From Planctomycetota bacterium (GTDB taxonomy: Bacteria > Planctomycetota > UBA1135 > UBA2386): a DNA stretch of 64,000 nt. Within the stretch, counting starts at the first letter, position 1. Each line of letters starts with the position of its first letter. The position numbers were made by a program, and so were the translations under genes. The notes beneath the pieces were generated by a model. That model searched no databases. It was not told the origin of the DNA and worked only from the letters and a program-made list of their open reading frames with translations. The stretch spans positions 229,683 to 293,682 of the forward strand of contig CANMWZ010000002.1 in the NCBI GenBank assembly GCA_947501605.1, given 5' to 3'. This document shows, piece after piece, positions 60,067-64,000 of the stretch.

Positions 60067-60684
60067 ATGCCTTCGCATCCTGCTCGCGGCGCAACGCGCG
60101 TTGACACGACGCCGATCCCGCGCCTTGGCGTGCTGCTGAGCGGCGGGGGACGCACTCTGGTGAACCTGATCGAGCGTATCGCCAGTGGTCGATTGCGGGC
60201 CGAGTTGGCCTGCGTCGTGGCGGATCGACCGCAGGCGCTCGGTTTGGTGCGGGCGCAGGAGGCCAACCTGCCAAACCGCTACCTTTGCGACCCGGCGGCA
60301 ATCTGGAGTTACCTGCGCGAACACCGCGTCGACCTCGTGTGTTTGTGCGGCTATCTCCGCCTCCTGCCGATCGATCCTGCCTTTCGATCGCGCGTGCTCA
60401 ACATCCATCCGTCGCTGTTGCCGGCTCACGGCGGCAAGGGCATGCACGGTCAGCACGTGCACGAGGCCGTGCTCTTGCACGGCGATGCCGAATCGGGCTG
60501 CACGGTGCACGTGTGCACCGACGAGTACGATCGCGGCCCCATCGTGCTCCAGCAACGCGTGCCCGTGCTTCCGGGTGACAGCGCGGACTCGTTGGCCGCC
60601 CGCGTGTTCGCCGCCGAATGCGAAGCCTACCCACAAGCCATCGAGCGCCACTGGCAGACGATCGGCGTCAACGCCGCGCGTTGA
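60067..60684 (+). CDS. purN: Phosphoribosylglycinamide formyltransferase
   Basis: LSGGGRTL, L.GYL, LNIHPSLLP, SGCTVH...EYD.GPI.LQ. Confidence 0.93.
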   Translation: MPSHPARGATRVDTTPIPRLGVLLSGGGRTLVNLIERIASGRLRAELACVVADRPQALGLVRAQEANLPNRYLCDPAAIWSYLREHRVDLVCLCGYLRLLPIDPAFRSRVLNIHPSLLPAHGGKGMHGQHVHEAVLLHGDAESGCTVHVCTDEYDRGPIVLQQRVPVLPGDSADSLAARVFAAECEAYPQAIERHWQTIGVNAAR

Positions 60685-60699
60685 GTCGGCGGTCGTCCG

Positions 60700-62448
60700 T
60701 CAGCGACGCACGAACACGCCGTCATTCTGCTCGGCGAGCTTGCGGAGGAAGTCTGCGCCTTGGCCAACGCCGGTGAACACCGTGTTGATGCGCACGTGCA
60801 GATAGCGGTTTGCCTGCTTCACGATCGCCAGGATCTCGTCCGGGTCCTTGACGTCACCGGCAGTCGGGACGCCGTCGGATAGCAGGAACAGCTCGTCAAT
60901 CTGCATCTTGCCATCCTCGCCAAAGTGCAGCGCGTCGAGCGCCAGGGCTTCCACCAGCGCCTGATGGACATTGGTTCCGCCGTCGGGTTTCACCTGCGAC
61001 AGCAGATCGACGAGCGCCCGCGTGGCTTGCGCCGTCGGCGGTACCGAGTGACGACTCCAGACCCGCACCCGATGGTCAAACGTCAGCACGTGGTAGCGCG
61101 CTTCCTTCGGCATCGCCTGCACGGCCTGCACAATCTGCTCCTTGGCTGCGCCCAGTCGCGTCGTGGCTCGCGGATCCGGTCGGCTCTGGGTCGCGGTGCC
61201 CGCCACCGCCGTGCTCATGCTGCCCGAGCTGTCGATGACGAAGGCGATCTCGCTGCCGCTGACCGGAATGCCGAAGAACGTGCTCGTCGTCGACCCAGTG
61301 GCCCTCGTATGCGGCAGACGATCCGGAACCACGATGCCGTCGCGCTCCCGGAGCCAGAACTCGCGCCATTGCTCAAGTTGATCGGACGGCAAGATCGCGC
61401 CCGTCAGGCCTCGCAAACAGAGCAAGGCGCGAGCGCGCAGGAGCGGCGACGCGTTCTTGTTGACGGCCGCGACCAACGCATCGCCAGAGGCTGGCCGCGA
61501 CAGCATGTCCAACAACGGCGGTACCGCGGATTTGTCGGGGAACTCCTCGATGAAATCGAGCAGGTCCATATCAGTGCGCCAGCCCGCCTCACCGCACAAC
61601 TGCATCGCCGCCGCGATCGCACGCTGCCGATTCTCTGGCGACAACGTCGCGCGGTTCTTGGTCAGGCTGTTGCGCACCGCGCGCACTGCCGCCTGGGACA
61701 CGACCGGGTGGCGTTCGACGCCGAGGACGCGCAGCAATACCGAGAACGACTCGGGACGCCGCTGCATGTCGATCGCTTCGAGCGCGGCGAGACGCACCCG
61801 TGCATCGAGATCGCCGAGCGCACTCTCGATCGTGCTGCGGAACACGGGCGAACCCTTCTGGCCGAGCAACCGCAACGCCGCCACGCGTCGCGCCGGATCG
61901 ATGTCGGGCGCTTCGCGCAGATCCGCGAGGAACGGCAGCCGCTCGCCCACCGCGGTGCGCATCAGGTAGAACCAAACACCCTGGTGTTCCATTCGCGACA
62001 GCGAGGTGTGACCGAGATCGCGCAGCACGACGGGATCGCGTTCGGCGAGGCTGCGATCGAACCCTGCGGCCGCGACCGACAGCACCGCCGCGGCGATCGT
62101 CTCGTCGGGATCGCGTTCGGCGAAGTAGAGCAACTTCTGCAGCGCGTCGACGTGCATCAGCGCGCCGCCGTCGCGGAGCGACAACAGATCGTGTGCTCTC
62201 GCGACGCGGGCGTAGCGCGGCTGCAAGGAGGGCTCGGCGTTGAGCACGCCGCGCGGCACGAGCCGGTCGCGTTCGTAGTCCTCGACCCAGAGCAGCACGG
62301 ACTCGGCGATCCCTCTGCGGCGCTGCGCGGCCTCCCGCTGCTCGGCTCGGTCGCCATCCGCTCGGTCGTCCCGAGTCTGCGCGCCGAGCGTCGCCGCAAC
62401 GAGCATGGCGATCAGTGCGGCAGTCAGGGTCGAGGGGAACGTTCGCAT
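60700..62448 (-). CDS. Secreted HEAT-repeat + VWA domain protein
   Basis: Signal peptide; VRLAALEAI; TFFGIP...FVIDSSGSM (MIDAS), GGTN, LLSDGVPT, LAEQNDG. Confidence 0.82.
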   Translation of the reverse strand: MRTFPSTLTAALIAMLVAATLGAQTRDDRADGDRAEQREAAQRRRGIAESVLLWVEDYERDRLVPRGVLNAEPSLQPRYARVARAHDLLSLRDGGALMHVDALQKLLYFAERDPDETIAAAVLSVAAAGFDRSLAERDPVVLRDLGHTSLSRMEHQGVWFYLMRTAVGERLPFLADLREAPDIDPARRVAALRLLGQKGSPVFRSTIESALGDLDARVRLAALEAIDMQRRPESFSVLLRVLGVERHPVVSQAAVRAVRNSLTKNRATLSPENRQRAIAAAMQLCGEAGWRTDMDLLDFIEEFPDKSAVPPLLDMLSRPASGDALVAAVNKNASPLLRARALLCLRGLTGAILPSDQLEQWREFWLRERDGIVVPDRLPHTRATGSTTSTFFGIPVSGSEIAFVIDSSGSMSTAVAGTATQSRPDPRATTRLGAAKEQIVQAVQAMPKEARYHVLTFDHRVRVWSRHSVPPTAQATRALVDLLSQVKPDGGTNVHQALVEALALDALHFGEDGKMQIDELFLLSDGVPTAGDVKDPDEILAIVKQANRYLHVRINTVFTGVGQGADFLRKLAEQNDGVFVRR

Positions 62449-62540
62449 TGCGATCCGCGTGCGCGCGGCGTCGGGTGTGCGCGCGAGTCTCACGGGGACA
62501 CGAGCATAGCGCGAGGTTCGCTCGCGCCGAGAGTGGCCGG

Positions 62541-63539
62541 CTAACGCCTGCTCGCGGCGATCGCCATCAGGGCGAAGGCCGCTCGTTCGAGCTTGCGATA
62601 CGCCTCGCGCACCGAACCGAGTGGCAGGGTGGCGTGGAGGTCCTTGCCGAGATGCACCAGTTGCAGGTCCGAGACCAACTCGTGGAAGCTGCGCAACGAC
62701 TCGTCGCCGAGCACCGCGTCGAGCTTCTGGCGCAGGTCCTTCTCGACCTCGGTGAGCCCCGTGGTGCCGCACAGGAACCGCACGGTCATGGACAACACCA
62801 CCTGCTCGTCGTCGCCGTAGGACAGCGCAAAACGAACGAACCGGGCGGGGTCCTGTTCGTCGTGCCAGAACCATCCGATCGTGCCTAGCGACTCGTGCAT
62901 CTTTCGCTCGAAGCAACCGACCGCGACCTGCGCCAACGTGCCCTCTACGGGCAACAGCGGCTGCAGTTCTGGATGCGGTCCGCCGCGCGACTCGCCGTTC
63001 GCAGCGCGCAGCAACAGCTCGCGGTCGCCAGCGACGGCGAGGTCGGCACTCGGCCACAGCACCGCGGGCGGCCGCGAGACGCCTTCGACGAAGTAGAACC
63101 CGTCGTGGTGCGAGAATCGCAACGGCTGCCACGGGGCAGGCATCGTGCGCGACAGAGGTCTCGCTGCGATCCGCGCGACACTGATGGTGCGCTGCGCGAA
63201 CGAGTCGCCCGGTTCGATGGAACCGATTCCGGTGCGCGTGAGTCGCAGTTCGTCGAAGCTGCAGCCGTAACCCTTGGCGAGGCTGTCGAGGAACTCCGAG
63301 ACCATCGGCACGCGTTCGACGACGTCCATCAGGTCGCAGGCCCGCAGGGCGTCGTAGTCGACGAAGATCTCGGCCTCGTAGCGCTCGGGCAACCACGCCA
63401 CGAACTCGGGATCAACGGCGACCGGTGGAGACACTTCTCTCGGGGACGACCTCGCCTCGAGCGGCTTCGGCGCCATCGTGCCGGGTGCGCCACAGGCCGG
63501 CAGGCACGCGCAGAGGAGTGCGATGCGAACGGGTCCCAT
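62541..63539 (-). CDS. Hypothetical lipoprotein
   Basis: LPAC lipobox; long ORF with GC3 bias. Confidence 0.6.
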   Translation of the reverse strand: MGPVRIALLCACLPACGAPGTMAPKPLEARSSPREVSPPVAVDPEFVAWLPERYEAEIFVDYDALRACDLMDVVERVPMVSEFLDSLAKGYGCSFDELRLTRTGIGSIEPGDSFAQRTISVARIAARPLSRTMPAPWQPLRFSHHDGFYFVEGVSRPPAVLWPSADLAVAGDRELLLRAANGESRGGPHPELQPLLPVEGTLAQVAVGCFERKMHESLGTIGWFWHDEQDPARFVRFALSYGDDEQVVLSMTVRFLCGTTGLTEVEKDLRQKLDAVLGDESLRSFHELVSDLQLVHLGKDLHATLPLGSVREAYRKLERAAFALMAIAASRR

Positions 63540-63621
63540 GCGGCAGATCATGCCACGGCCCTCGGGTGCGGGCTTGCGTTCGGGCGCCGCTGGCCGATGA
63601 TCGCCCCGTCAACACGACCGT

Positions 63622-63973
63622 GGGGGCGACCGGCTTTGACCGGATGCTGTCACGGCCAGCGTGGCGTGCCGAGGTCCGAGGTCCTCGTAAATCTCTTCGG
63701 AAAAACCAAGTGCCAACACGCACTACTCCCTCGCTGCCTGATTAACAGTCAGTGAGCGCCGAGGTCCCCTCGCCTGCGGGGGGCTGAAGCGACACACAGC
63801 AGGCTGGTTGTGCGCGGCTGCTCGGCCCGCGTACGACGAGACATAGTCGAGCTGGCCGTCGAGGATCTCTGGTCGCTGGAGCCTTGGCGGCGAGACCAAA
63901 CAGCAACCTACGCACGTAGAGGCGTTGGTCGGGGTATCTCGGGACGCGGGTTCGATTCCCGCCGCCTCCACCA
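63622..63973 (+). ncRNA. ssrA: tmRNA; tag peptide ANTHYSLAA* at 63712-63741
   Basis: 5' GGGGGCG pairs with 3' CGCCTCC-ACCA including the G3.U wobble; T-arm GGGTTCGATTCCC; resume codon after AAAAACCAAGT; tag ends in LAA; 352 nt. Confidence 0.96.
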
Positions 63974-64000
63974 GTTCGCGCGCCTCGCTCGAGAGAGCGG

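Noticed and set aside
41626..62543. Genome-wide TAG reassignment to explain the stop at 45303
   Set aside because: TAG ends dcp (41628), feoB (49250), the dehydrogenase (53180) and the lipoprotein (62541) at plausible C-termini
63723..63971. 82-aa minus-strand ORF (MEAAGIEPAS...)
   Set aside because: Antisense translation of the tmRNA 3' end
1..64000. Many long overlapping or antisense ORFs (e.g. 57543..60266 -, 37451..39241 +, 12229..13989 -, 23465..24913 +)
   Set aside because: Shadow ORFs expected in high-GC DNA; R/A/P-rich, no motifs, and overlapping well-supported genes

Overview
This is a high-GC, gene-dense bacterial chromosomal segment. It is probably Planctomycetota, inferred from the HEAT/VWA, carboxypeptidase-regulatory-like, prepilin-type and prenyltransferase-fold secreted proteins. 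About 50 CDSs are present. Housekeeping genes include ribD, miaB, HU, mnmA, yajC, a serA-serB-aminotransferase operon, xerC, an MlaE/F/D-type ABC system, ilvE, fhs, dcp, eda, a SMUG1-type UDG, feoAB, pnp and purN. They are interspersed with many secreted or lipoprotein hypotheticals. A complete tmRNA (tag ANTHYSLAA) closes the window. No prophage, IS element, CRISPR array, rRNA or tRNA was seen. Notable observations: (1) a tandem pair of secreted beta-propeller + GYWKxH-domain paralogues with conserved His/Asp at equivalent blade positions (possible new metalloenzyme), one copy broken by a single in-frame TAG; (2) a TANNNT hexamer recurring 7-9 nt before start codons that lack an SD, suggesting widespread leaderless transcription; (3) a small intergenic repeat family; (4) a Fur-like palindrome before feoAB; (5) a hairpin-rich fhs leader. 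All annotations come from reading motifs by eye; no database searches were run. Many start codons are re-picked downstream of the ORF-track starts.
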